Shown here: in pieces, positions 28,090 through 37,295 of the stretch
Layout: each line of letters begins with the position of its first letter
How positions within the stretch are numbered: position 1 is the stretch's first letter
From: Acidobacteriota bacterium
Lineage (GTDB): Bacteria > Acidobacteriota > Terriglobia > 20CM-2-55-15
DNA length: 64,000 bases
Direction: 5' to 3'
Assembly: GCA_003223875.1 (NCBI GenBank)
Contig: QHWY01000081.1
Coordinates: 35,388 to 99,387, forward strand
Notes under the pieces: generated by a model
What the model saw: the letters and a program-made list of their open reading frames with translations, nothing else
Told to the model about the DNA's origin: nothing
Database searches by the model: none
Translations under genes and position numbers: made by a program

Positions 28090-29033
28090 TTACTGTATTC
28101 ACTCTCCTCATCTTCACTGCCGCATTCGCCGGTGCGGCCGAATACGCCTGGTGGTCGCCGCAGCGGCGGATGCGTCAAGAAATCGAGCAGCGGTTGCGCG
28201 GTCTTCGGGTGGAAACCGGCCGCCGCCCGGAGTCCTTACTACGCCAGCAATATTCCGCGAGCGGCATTCTTTCGAAGCTGGAGGTCATGAAGTGGCTGCA
28301 AGTCACCATTGACCAGGCTCGGCTGCCATATCGCGCCGGAAATGTCGTCCTGTTCAGTGTTGTCTCGCTGGCGGGCGGTTATTTGGCCGCGGACGGTTTG
28401 CAGCTTTTTCCTTTCCTGGTCCTGAAAATTTTATTTGCCGTGGGATGCTCTATCATTCCAGCTCTTTACATTCGCATGAAGCGGCAGCGGCGCATGCGGC
28501 AAATCGAGGAGATGTTGCCGGAGTCCATCGATTTGTTTACCCGGGCAATGCGCGCGGGGCACAACATTCATAGCGGATTGCAGGTACTGGCAGACGAAAC
28601 CGCAGAACCCTTAGGCACGGAATTCAAAAAACTGGTCGAAGACCTGACGCTAGGCTCCACGGTTGATGAAGCGCTTCACAGTCTGGGTGATCGCGTGCCA
28701 CTGCTGGATCTGCGGTTCTTTTCCACCGGAGTCGTATTGCAGCGGGAGACCGGCGCCAACATCGTCACGGTCATGGAAAATCTCTCGGCGGTAATCCGGG
28801 AACGTCTGCAACTGAGATCGCGCCTTCGCGCGCATACGGCGCAACAGCGATTCTCCGCCGCCCTGCTCTGCGGCTTGCCGGTGATCAGCGGAGTCGCTTT
28901 CTATTTCATGAGATACGACTACATATCGGTGCTGTGGTTGACGGAACCGGGCTCGCGTTTTCTTATTTACGGAATCGTCTCGGAAATTATCGGCATCTTG
29001 GTGATACGCAAGATCGCTTCGGTGAAGCTCTAA
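28086..29033 (+). CDS. tadB: TadB inner-membrane platform protein (T2SS-F domain)
   Basis: Three TM regions and a cytoplasmic T2SSF-like domain (..FKKLVEDLTLGSTVDEALHSLGDRVP..). Confidence 0.85.
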   Translation: MITVFTLLIFTAAFAGAAEYAWWSPQRRMRQEIEQRLRGLRVETGRRPESLLRQQYSASGILSKLEVMKWLQVTIDQARLPYRAGNVVLFSVVSLAGGYLAADGLQLFPFLVLKILFAVGCSIIPALYIRMKRQRRMRQIEEMLPESIDLFTRAMRAGHNIHSGLQVLADETAEPLGTEFKKLVEDLTLGSTVDEALHSLGDRVPLLDLRFFSTGVVLQRETGANIVTVMENLSAVIRERLQLRSRLRAHTAQQRFSAALLCGLPVISGVAFYFMRYDYISVLWLTEPGSRFLIYGIVSEIIGILVIRKIASVKL

Positions 29034-29954
29034 ATGCCTCCAGAGTTTCCAATTCTTTTCTTCTTGAGCGTTGCGGGTTGCTCCACATTGCTTGTCGCAG
29101 GAATACACTATTATTGGCGCACACGCCAGGATGCGTTGCGCTGGCGCATCGAAGAACTTCAGGAGCAGTCTGAGTCGGGTGGTCCGCTTCCCTCCTTGCG
29201 CGGCGACATCTGGGATTCCTTGCTGCGCTCTACATACGGCGCGGTGTTTGGGAAGGACTGGTTCCGGCAAAAAGAATTGGAGCTCATGCGAGCGGGCTTC
29301 CGTGGTCCGCGCGTGGTCAAAGTTTACGGCGTCATCTCGCTCGTCTTCACGGCGGTGATGGTTGTCTGTGCGTTCTTCGCTCTTCAGAATCAGGACGTTT
29401 CGATGCGGCTGCTGGGATTGGCAGGCGCCGTGGTTTTGGGCTACTTCGTTCCGGATCAAGTTTTGGTTTCTTTGAGGAAACGGCACCGATTGAATTTGAT
29501 GGCTGCGCTCCCCGATACCACGGATATGCTGAGTATCGTTTTAGGCGCTGGATTATCTTTGGATCAGGCCATCGCGCGAGTGGGCGAAGAGATTCGCTTC
29601 GTGTACCCCGAGTTGGCGGACGAGTTTTATTGGATGACGCTCGAAGTTCAGGCCGGACAGGAGCGTGCCGTGGCCTTCCAACACATGGCGCAGCGAACGG
29701 GCCTCCTAGACATCCGCTCGCTGGCCAGCATGATTGTCCAGGCCGAACGGTTTGGAACGGGGTTGTCTCAGGCCCTGCGCATCTATGCCGATTCCTTGAG
29801 AACGAAGCGGCGACTCGAGATCGAATCGACTATCAATAAAGCCGGCGTGAAAATGGTGTTTCCGATCGTGTTGTTCATTCTGCCCGCTTTGTTTGTGGTG
29901 ATCCTGGTGCCGGGCGTTATCTCGACGCTCAGAGATCTGCAGTTACTACGATGA
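29034..29954 (+). CDS. tadC: TadC inner-membrane platform protein (T2SS-F domain)
   Basis: Starts 1 nt after the tadB stop. ..AMALEVQAGQERAVAFQHMAQRTG.. ..IVLFILPALFVVILVPGV.. Confidence 0.85.
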   Translation: MPPEFPILFFLSVAGCSTLLVAGIHYYWRTRQDALRWRIEELQEQSESGGPLPSLRGDIWDSLLRSTYGAVFGKDWFRQKELELMRAGFRGPRVVKVYGVISLVFTAVMVVCAFFALQNQDVSMRLLGLAGAVVLGYFVPDQVLVSLRKRHRLNLMAALPDTTDMLSIVLGAGLSLDQAIARVGEEIRFVYPELADEFYWMTLEVQAGQERAVAFQHMAQRTGLLDIRSLASMIVQAERFGTGLSQALRIYADSLRTKRRLEIESTINKAGVKMVFPIVLFILPALFVVILVPGVISTLRDLQLLR

Positions 29955-29979
29955 CGGGCGAGTTTGAGAGGTTTTGACA

Positions 29980-30138
29980 ATGCTCATGTTTGTCCTTTGG
30001 TTGATCCAGGCCGCGCCGGACACTGGTTCCGACAACACCACCCTGATCCGGGTTGTCGCCGGTGTGCTGGCGCTGGTATGCATTGCAGTCATTCTCGTTC
30101 GGCGAAAGCGTAAGACATCGAAAGAGGATTGGTCCTGA
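29980..30138 (+). CDS. 52-aa small membrane protein (MLMFVLWLIQAAPDTGSDNTTLIRVVAGVLALVCIAVILVRRKRKTSKEDWS); coordinates +/-1
   Basis: GAGAGG RBS 8 nt upstream. N-terminal hydrophobic stretch, C-terminal TM helix and a basic tail RRKRK. Its stop overlaps the start of the ABC-2 permease. Not in the ORF track (<60 aa). Confidence 0.3.
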   Translation: MLMFVLWLIQAAPDTGSDNTTLIRVVAGVLALVCIAVILVRRKRKTSKEDWS

Positions 30139-31373
30139 ACTGGAACGACGTAGGAATTCTCTACCAGCGCGAGCTGCGCTCGGCGCTCCGCGACCGCACG
30201 ATTGTCACGAACAGCGTCCTGCTGCCGATATTTCTCTATCCACTGCTGATATGGATTGTTTATTCGGCGGTCACCTTTGTCTCCGGCCAGAATGAAGGCT
30301 TGAAATCGCGGATCATGCTAAAGGACGTTCCGGAGGCCCACGTTCGACTGAAGCAGGGGTTCGAGAAAGACAGGTCCATTGTCCTTGGCAGCTCTCTGGA
30401 CCCGCGCGACGACATCCGGCAGGGATTGTTGGACGCCCTGGTCGAGTTTCTTCCGCCAAAATCCAATCTTGGGATCGATGACAACTTCAGCGTTCGCATG
30501 ACGTTTGACGAATCGCGCGACAGCAGTGATCGCGCGAGGAGCCGTATCGCAGAAAAGATCACAAACTATCGCGAAGACTTTCTCGAAAGGCGCGCCGTCC
30601 AGTCCGGCATTTCACGCGAGCAATTTCAAAATTTCTGGATAGACGATCAGAACCTATCCAGCAACCAGCAGATCAGCGCGTTCACGATCATGCTGCCGAT
30701 ATTTTTCATTATCATGCTGGCCGTTGGAGCCATGCATCCTGCGATCGATTCGACAGCCGGTGAACGCGAGAATTCGACCTGGGAAACGATCATGACAGCC
30801 GCCACCTCCCGGACAAGCATTCTGGTTGCAAAATACCTTTATGTCGCAACGATGTCGTTCATCGCCGCTTTTTTGAATCTCTTCGCGATGATGGTTTCAA
30901 TGGGAACAGTGCTCGCTCCGTTTTTTCAGACGGGCCGCGGGAACTCGTCACTTCGCATTCCGCTCGAATCGGCGCCGTTGGTACTGGTTGGCGCCGCGCT
31001 GCTCGCGCTGTTTATTTCAGCGGGCATGATGATCCTTGCATCATTCGCGCGAAACTACAAAGAAGGACAATCCATGGTGGGACCGTTCTACATCGCATTG
31101 GTCCTGCCCATTCTTTTTCTTCAAACTCCGGATTTCGCGTTCACGCCGCGCCTTGCCTTGATTCCCGTTGCCAACGTGGTGATGATGATTCGCGAAGCCG
31201 TTCAGGGTGTATATCACTGGCGATCGATTGGAGTGACTCTGGCAGTGGAGTGCGTCTCGATCATCGTCGCGGTTCGGATCGCGGTCCTGATCATCCAACA
31301 CGAGGATTTTGCGATCGGCACGTACAACGGAAGCTTCGGCAAATTTGCGAAGGAATGGTTACTGGGTAAATGA
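30129..31373 (+). CDS. ABC-2 family exporter permease (NatB-like, large extracytoplasmic loop)
   Basis: 6 TM ABC-2 topology with an about 200-aa loop after TM1. TTG start per the ORF track. ATGA overlap with the downstream ATPase. Confidence 0.75.
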   Translation: MVLNWNDVGILYQRELRSALRDRTIVTNSVLLPIFLYPLLIWIVYSAVTFVSGQNEGLKSRIMLKDVPEAHVRLKQGFEKDRSIVLGSSLDPRDDIRQGLLDALVEFLPPKSNLGIDDNFSVRMTFDESRDSSDRARSRIAEKITNYREDFLERRAVQSGISREQFQNFWIDDQNLSSNQQISAFTIMLPIFFIIMLAVGAMHPAIDSTAGERENSTWETIMTAATSRTSILVAKYLYVATMSFIAAFLNLFAMMVSMGTVLAPFFQTGRGNSSLRIPLESAPLVLVGAALLALFISAGMMILASFARNYKEGQSMVGPFYIALVLPILFLQTPDFAFTPRLALIPVANVVMMIREAVQGVYHWRSIGVTLAVECVSIIVAVRIAVLIIQHEDFAIGTYNGSFGKFAKEWLLGK

Positions 31374-32125
31374 GCGCGCCTGTTCTGGTCCGCAATCTCG
31401 CGAAGGCTTTTTACGATGAGGGCCGCGGCGAGATCAAAGCGGTGGATTCGATCAGCTTTGAATGTCACGAAGGCGAAATTTTCGGACTTCTCGGAGCGAA
31501 CGGCGCAGGAAAGACGACAACTCTGCGCATGCTCTCAACGATTCTTGCGCCGACGTCGGGTACCGCGACCATCATGGGCCACGATGTCGTTCACGATCCC
31601 GAAGGGGTTCGCAAAAACCTCGGGTTCTATTCGGCGACGACGGCTTTGTACCCCCGGCTGACTACTCGCGAAACCATTGAATTTTTTGCGCGCATCAACC
31701 AGTACCCCTCGAAGCGCGTACCCGAACGCGTTGAATACTTGATCCATCGGTTCGGTCTGGAGAAGTATGCCGATGCTCGAATCGAGAAACTGTCGTCGGG
31801 CATGAAGCAAAAGGTATCCGTCGCACGCACGGTAGCGCACGATCCGGCGATCCTGATCTTCGACGAACCTACTGTTGGCCTCGATGTTCTCAATGCTCTC
31901 GATGTTCAGGAGACGATCGGCGAATTACGGGCGGAAGGTAAAACGATCATATTCTCCACCCACATCATGAGTGAGGCCGAACGGCTCTGCGACCGCATCG
32001 CTATCATTCACGGCGGCCAAATTCTCGCAACAGACACACTCGCCGGGTTACGCGAAATCACCGGCCAACATTATCTGGAAGACATTTTTGTATTGTTCGT
32101 GAAAGCCGGCCAGGAAACGGTATGA
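31370..32125 (+). CDS. ABC transporter ATP-binding protein
   Basis: Walker [10 protein letters not shown], signature LSSGMKQKV, Walker B ILIFDEPT. Confidence 0.9.
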   Translation: MSAPVLVRNLAKAFYDEGRGEIKAVDSISFECHEGEIFGLLGANGAGKTTTLRMLSTILAPTSGTATIMGHDVVHDPEGVRKNLGFYSATTALYPRLTTRETIEFFARINQYPSKRVPERVEYLIHRFGLEKYADARIEKLSSGMKQKVSVARTVAHDPAILIFDEPTVGLDVLNALDVQETIGELRAEGKTIIFSTHIMSEAERLCDRIAIIHGGQILATDTLAGLREITGQHYLEDIFVLFVKAGQETV

Positions 32126-34170
32126 ATTGGGAACTGATCCGGCTTCTCTTCCTGCATGAGGCGCGGATGCTCGTTCGCGCCCGCCGGACCGTCGTCATGG
32201 CGATCGTTCTTCCGGCGATCATCATGCCGCTCATGCTTTACGCCCAAAAATATTCTGCCGATCGGCGAGAACGATTGCTAACAGGGACGATATACCGATA
32301 CGCAATAACGGGAGAATTTGCGGATCGTGTGCGACTACTGATCGATCAGACACGGAAAAGTCTGAGCGACGCTCAAGACGACGAGTTCGGAAGGCTTCGG
32401 CAATTCAGATTTGTGGAGACCGCACCCGCGGATGTCCGGGCAAGTCTCGCCAAGCACGAGATTCAGTTCTACATCGAGACCATCACCGGAGGTGAAGCCG
32501 ATAAGTCTCGCAATGAGGCATCGAATACCCAAGAAGCGGAACCGCGCCGGTTGCGTGGCGTACCTGTGATCAACGTTGTCTATAGCGGGGACCGGATTGC
32601 TTCCGACGTAGCTCACAGCCGGATGCTGGAGTTGCTCCGGCTGGCGCGCCAACGGGATTCGCTGGCTTTGCTGGCCGGCCGGGGTGTTGCCGCGGACGCG
32701 AAAGACATCTTTGCAGTCGAGGACGCCAATGTCGCCACTGCAGGCCAAATAACAGGCTCGCTCGTAGGCCGCTTTCTCACATTGTTTCTGGTCATGATGA
32801 TGTTAACCGGCGGTGCCGTCGCCGCGATGGACATCATTGCGGGTGAGAAGGAACGCGGAACGCTCGAAACGCTTCTCACCAGCGCAGCCGGCAGGCAAGA
32901 AATTGTTGCGGCAAAGCAACTGGCCATTACGTCGGTTGCTCTCGTGATCACACTTTTACAGGGTCTAAATTTTTTTCTATACGTCAGACTGAAGGTCGTA
33001 GCGCTCCCGAAGAATTTCGAGCTTCAGCTCCCGACGGGGATGGCGTTGGCGTTATTGCTGCTGTTCATACCGCTCGCGGCTACGATTGGTTCGGTGCTGC
33101 TGATGATCTCGGCTTATGCGAAGACGTACAAAGAAGCGCAAATGTACTTTTTCCCTGTATACCTCATCAGTTTGGTTCCCTCGCTCGCATCTGTGATGCC
33201 GGGAATTTCGCTGCGTTCCGCGATTGCGCTGGTTCCCGTTGCCAATGTCAGCGTCGCGGCCCGCGAGATTCTGATGGGCCGGCCCGACGTGATGATGATC
33301 GGGATCACATTCGCCGTCATGTCCATAACCGCCGCTTACTTGATGCGCGCATCGGCGCGCTTGCTTTCGCGTGAGGACATCATTGTGCCGGCGCATTTTG
33401 AAGCCGCCGAATTCCTTGGCGGCGCGGCGCTGTTTCAAAAGCGTGTGCTGCGATGGTTCGCATTGATGTGGGTTGTGACTTTTGCCGTTGCGTTGAACGT
33501 GCCGGTGCTCGCGACATTCCGGCGCCAGCTCCTGTTCAACGAAATCGTTGTCATGATGGGAGCAACCGTTCTCATACTGAAGGTATACCGGTTGAATCCA
33601 ATAGAGATGCTGTCCTTACGCCCCGTCAGACCTGTCGTGTGGATAGCTATCCTGTTCGCTATTCCGTCGAGTTATCTAACAACTCTTGGAGTCTTCCAAC
33701 TGGTGAACACGGTAATGCCGGCACCGCAGCAGTTGTTGGAGCGATTTGCGGAAGACGTCATCCCGAAAGGAATGCCTACGTGGCAGTTGCTTCTCTATAT
33801 TGCTCTGTTGCCTGCCGTTTGCGAGGAGCTGGCTTTCCGCGGGATATTGTTAAACGGTTTGCGTCGAAAACTTCGGCCAGCAGGACTAATCCTCGGCATT
33901 GGTCTGATATTCGGCCTTTTTCATGTGATGCTTTATCGAATTGCTCCCACGGCGGTACTGGGAATAATTCTAACTGCGATTGCATTGATGACAGGGTCTG
34001 TGCTTCCGGGAATGCTCCTTCACGCCGGAAATAACGCTATGGGAGTCGTGTTGGGAAACGACTTAAATTTGTACGTGCTGCGCTGGTGGCATTTCCTGGC
34101 CGCATTCACGATTTTCGGGCTCTCGCTGTTTATCATTTACCGCAACAGAACTCCTTTGCCAACTCGATGA
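32122..34170 (+). CDS. fusion protein: ABC-2 family permease (N-terminal about 420 aa) + CPBP/CAAX intramembrane metalloprotease domain (C-terminal)
   Basis: The N-terminal half is a NatB-like permease. The C-terminal domain carries the three CPBP motifs: EELAFRG (motif 1), FGLFH (motif 2), HAGNN (motif 3). Confidence 0.75.
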   Translation: MNWELIRLLFLHEARMLVRARRTVVMAIVLPAIIMPLMLYAQKYSADRRERLLTGTIYRYAITGEFADRVRLLIDQTRKSLSDAQDDEFGRLRQFRFVETAPADVRASLAKHEIQFYIETITGGEADKSRNEASNTQEAEPRRLRGVPVINVVYSGDRIASDVAHSRMLELLRLARQRDSLALLAGRGVAADAKDIFAVEDANVATAGQITGSLVGRFLTLFLVMMMLTGGAVAAMDIIAGEKERGTLETLLTSAAGRQEIVAAKQLAITSVALVITLLQGLNFFLYVRLKVVALPKNFELQLPTGMALALLLLFIPLAATIGSVLLMISAYAKTYKEAQMYFFPVYLISLVPSLASVMPGISLRSAIALVPVANVSVAAREILMGRPDVMMIGITFAVMSITAAYLMRASARLLSREDIIVPAHFEAAEFLGGAALFQKRVLRWFALMWVVTFAVALNVPVLATFRRQLLFNEIVVMMGATVLILKVYRLNPIEMLSLRPVRPVVWIAILFAIPSSYLTTLGVFQLVNTVMPAPQQLLERFAEDVIPKGMPTWQLLLYIALLPAVCEELAFRGILLNGLRRKLRPAGLILGIGLIFGLFHVMLYRIAPTAVLGIILTAIALMTGSVLPGMLLHAGNNAMGVVLGNDLNLYVLRWWHFLAAFTIFGLSLFIIYRNRTPLPTR

Positions 34171-35278
34171 GAGCATCCCGGCACGTGATGACGTCCTCTG
34201 CGATCACGTACTCGCTCACGCTGTGAAGTCCGGCTCCGCCCGGACCGAATACAACAGACGGAATACCAGCCTCGCCGAGGATTCCAGCATCCGTCCAAAA
34301 GCTCATGCCGCCGCGCACGGGCTGGGTTCCTTTTTTCGTTAGGGCGGATTCCATCATGCGCGGCAGAACGTGATCGGCCGGGGTCAAATACGGAGCGCGA
34401 GAAAACAGGAATCGTGCTGAGGATCTGAATTCCGGATCCTCTCGCCGGAGATCACGGATGATGTTTTGGACCTCCTCCAGAGCACACTGGCCCGCTTCGC
34501 CTTCGATCGTGCGTCGTTCCATTTCAAGCGTACATTGATCGGGATAGGTGCTTAGCTCACGGCCGCCGGCGATCAATGACGCATGCAGTGAAGCTGTGCC
34601 GTGGACGGGATGCGGCGGACGCGACTGAAGCTCGCGATCCAGCTTTTCCAAACGTGAAAGCACGCGACCCATCCGGACAATGGCGTCGCGTCCATCGGCC
34701 GGACGGCTGCCGTGGGCAGCGATGCCTTCAGTCATGACTTCCACCCATTGGAAACCCTTGTGTCCAACCGCAATTTTCATATCGGTTGGCTCGCCAACTA
34801 CCGCGGCATCCGCTTTCCAGGTGCGAACGAGCGCTTCGGCCCCGATGCTGGCATATTCTTCATCGACAACAGCAGCAAGGATCAGCCGCCCGGCCGGCAA
34901 TCCCCCATTTTTAGAAAGGTCTAAAATCGCGCCAATCATGGCGGCGAGGCCGCCCTTCATGTCTTGAGAGCCGCGGCCGTAAATTCGGCCTTCCTTCTCG
35001 ATCGGATCGAAGGGTGACTCCATTCCTGCAACACCGACCGTGTCCATGTGGCCACACCACATGAGCGACCGTCCCTCCTGTTTCCCTTCGAGTACCCCGA
35101 ACACGTTCGCGCGGTCTGGCACCACCTGCTCAATCTTCACGTCCACACTTCCGGCGCGCAATTTCGCCGCAATGGCTGTGGCAATCTCATTTTCGCCGGC
35201 AGCTTCGTGGACGAGCGAAGGATTAACCGAATTGATAGCGATCAAGTCACGAAGAAACTGGATAGTCGAATCGGCCAT
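34133..35278 (-). CDS. M20 family metallopeptidase (ArgE/DapE-like deacylase)
   Basis: ..CGHMDTVGV.. and ..GRGSQDMKGG.. are M20 metal-binding motifs. Convergent 38-nt overlap with the upstream gene end. Confidence 0.8.
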   Translation of the reverse strand: MADSTIQFLRDLIAINSVNPSLVHEAAGENEIATAIAAKLRAGSVDVKIEQVVPDRANVFGVLEGKQEGRSLMWCGHMDTVGVAGMESPFDPIEKEGRIYGRGSQDMKGGLAAMIGAILDLSKNGGLPAGRLILAAVVDEEYASIGAEALVRTWKADAAVVGEPTDMKIAVGHKGFQWVEVMTEGIAAHGSRPADGRDAIVRMGRVLSRLEKLDRELQSRPPHPVHGTASLHASLIAGGRELSTYPDQCTLEMERRTIEGEAGQCALEEVQNIIRDLRREDPEFRSSARFLFSRAPYLTPADHVLPRMMESALTKKGTQPVRGGMSFWTDAGILGEAGIPSVVFGPGGAGLHSVSEYVIAEDVITCRDALIELAKEFCCGK

Positions 35279-35461
35279 TAATCGACAATTTTTGTCATTA
35301 GTCAGTACCGTTTTAACACAAGTTTGTAGTTAAGGCATGTTTGGTGCACTGCCGCTCCAATGTATTTCAATAGGTTACCAAAACCTATAGATGGACCCTA
35401 TCGTGCTTGAAAACTCGACGTTATGAGAACACGGCACATCACGTTATCTCAACAACGAGGG

Positions 35462-35671
35462 ATGATTACCGAGTTGGAACTGATGGACGCGGGATTTGAG
35501 GCCGCTGAACAATATATCTTGAGATATCGAACGCCGGCATCCGATCGAGCAAACGTGTTCGATCTTGGAAATCCGGATTTTTGTTCGGTCTTATGGACAG
35601 GTTTTCGATACCGCGATAGTCAGATTTCGATATTGCTCGAACGCCAGGGACAATCGTCCGCTGAGGCATAG
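35462..35671 (+). CDS. hypothetical small protein (about 69 aa) in a lower-GC intergenic island
   Basis: ORF MITELELMDAGFEAAEQYILRYRT.. followed 45 nt downstream by a rho-independent terminator. No homology recognised. Could instead be a non-coding RNA. Confidence 0.2.
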   Translation: MITELELMDAGFEAAEQYILRYRTPASDRANVFDLGNPDFCSVLWTGFRYRDSQISILLERQGQSSAEA

Positions 35672-35715
35672 TCCAGGGACGGCGGTACCCCACGGTGGAG
35701 GGTTTGGCGGAACGG

Positions 35716-35758
35716 CAAACACCTCACGGCCAAGATGGCCTTGAGGTGTTTTACATTT
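35716..35758 (+). terminator. rho-independent terminator
   Basis: AACACCTCACGGCCAAGATGGCCTTGAGGTGTT hairpin followed by TTACATTTT. Confidence 0.6.
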
Positions 35759-35765
35759 TGGTCCA

Positions 35766-36872
35766 TTATTTTCCGTACGTCACCCGGTAAATCGCATCGG
35801 CTTTATCATCGGACACAAGCAGCGAACCATCCGGCATCAGCAAAACATCGGCAGGGCGCCCCCAAGCCTTAGAACCCTGCAGCCATCCTTCCGCGAACGG
35901 CTCGTACTTCACTGCCTTATTTCCGTCCAAACGCACAAGCGTGACGCGATAGCCGATGGGAACGCTGCGATTCCATGAACCGTGTTCGGCGATGAAAATT
36001 TGGTTTCGATATTCCGGCGGAAACATTGTCCCCGTATAAAAGCGCATGCCGATGGCTGCCACGTGCGGGCCGAGAGCTATCGCCGGCGGAGTGAATTTGT
36101 TGCATGGTTGCTGGTTGAACTTCGGACCGGGAATCGTGCCGGCTAGACAGTCGGGAAAACCAAAGTTCATTCCGGGCCGGGGCGCGTAATTCAGTTCATC
36201 AGGCGGAAGGTTATCGCCCATTCCATCGACACCGTTGTCGGTAAACCACAACTCCTTTGTCACAGGATGCCAATCAAAGCCTACCGAGTTCCGAATTCCA
36301 TTTGCGAAACTTTCGAGACCTGAACCGTCGGCGTTCATACGGTCGATGACGCCGTGCCGCTCGTCGGGACGGCAAATATTGCAAGGCGCGCCGACAGGGA
36401 CGTACATCATGCCATCGGGGCCAAACGCAATGAACTTCCAACCGTGGTGCTGTTCGGTCGGAAATCTATCGGTGATGACCACAGGCTTCGGCGGATTTTT
36501 GAGACGGGATTCAATGCCATCGTACCGGATCACGCGCGAGATTTCTGCCACGTAAAGCGAGCCGTTACGAAAAGCCACGCCCGAAGGCATGTTGAGCCCT
36601 TGCGCAATCTTGATGACTTCTGCCGGCCGATTGTCCTTCGAGTGATCGACAATGGCGTACAGATTACCGGCTTCCCTCGATCCGGCGAAAATCACGCCAT
36701 TAGAACCGAGCGCCATCTGCCGCGCATTCGGGACGCCAATGGCAAACACCTTAATGCTGAACCCCGGCGGCAGTTTGATCTTATCGAGAGGCAATGTTGG
36801 AGTGCTGCGGGCAGCAAAAATGAAGAGACCGACGATGAAAATTACCAGAGCAGCGCGAATGAGTCGAACCAT
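35766..36872 (-). CDS. PQQ-dependent soluble sugar (glucose/sorbosone) dehydrogenase, beta-propeller
   Basis: Signal/TM N-terminus. ..LPPGFSIKVFA.. ..GLNMPSGVAF.. ..WFTDNGVDGMGDNLPPDELN.. are typical of the sGDH/YliI family. Confidence 0.8.
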   Translation of the reverse strand: MVRLIRAALVIFIVGLFIFAARSTPTLPLDKIKLPPGFSIKVFAIGVPNARQMALGSNGVIFAGSREAGNLYAIVDHSKDNRPAEVIKIAQGLNMPSGVAFRNGSLYVAEISRVIRYDGIESRLKNPPKPVVITDRFPTEQHHGWKFIAFGPDGMMYVPVGAPCNICRPDERHGVIDRMNADGSGLESFANGIRNSVGFDWHPVTKELWFTDNGVDGMGDNLPPDELNYAPRPGMNFGFPDCLAGTIPGPKFNQQPCNKFTPPAIALGPHVAAIGMRFYTGTMFPPEYRNQIFIAEHGSWNRSVPIGYRVTLVRLDGNKAVKYEPFAEGWLQGSKAWGRPADVLLMPDGSLLVSDDKADAIYRVTYGK

Positions 36873-36959
36873 AGGGCTTCTCCTTTCGTCGACGCAATGC
36901 TTTCGTAATCATATGCGGGACTCTATACTCAATCGTAAGACGGAAAAAGGAGGAACGGA

Positions 36960-37295
36960 ATGGCTTCTGAAGGCTTTCACGAATTGCCTCAAGATTTGAA
37001 CCCCCAGACGCGAGATATGCACCGAGCAATTGTGAGTTTGATGGAGGAACTGGAGGCCATTGATTGGTACCAACAGCGGATCGACGCGACAACCGATGAG
37101 GCTCTTCGCACGATTTTGGTCCATAACCGCGATGAAGAAAAAGAACACGCCTCGATGGTCCTCGAATGGATCCGCCGGCACGATCCCGTTTTTGAAGGAC
37201 ATCTTAAGACATACCTGTTTAGCACCGAACCCATAACAGAACGTGCCGAAGCCGCAGAAGCTCAAGCGTCAGGAGGCCGGCGATGGAATGGTTGA
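36960..37295 (+). CDS. encapsulated ferritin-like protein (EncFtn), encapsulin cargo
   Basis: ..HRAIVSLMEELEAIDWYQQRIDATTDEALRTILVHNRDEEKEHASMVLEWIRR.. matches the EncFtn family pattern (recalled R. rubrum/T. maritima type). 13-nt overlap with the encapsulin gene. Confidence 0.75.
   Translation: MASEGFHELPQDLNPQTRDMHRAIVSLMEELEAIDWYQQRIDATTDEALRTILVHNRDEEKEHASMVLEWIRRHDPVFEGHLKTYLFSTEPITERAEAAEAQASGGRRWNG

Noticed and set aside
30053-30295. 80-aa ORF (TTG start) overlapping the 52-aa micro-ORF and the start of the ABC-2 permease
   Set aside because: Different frame from two better-supported overlapping genes (RBS + membrane topology). Arg-rich product with no features.
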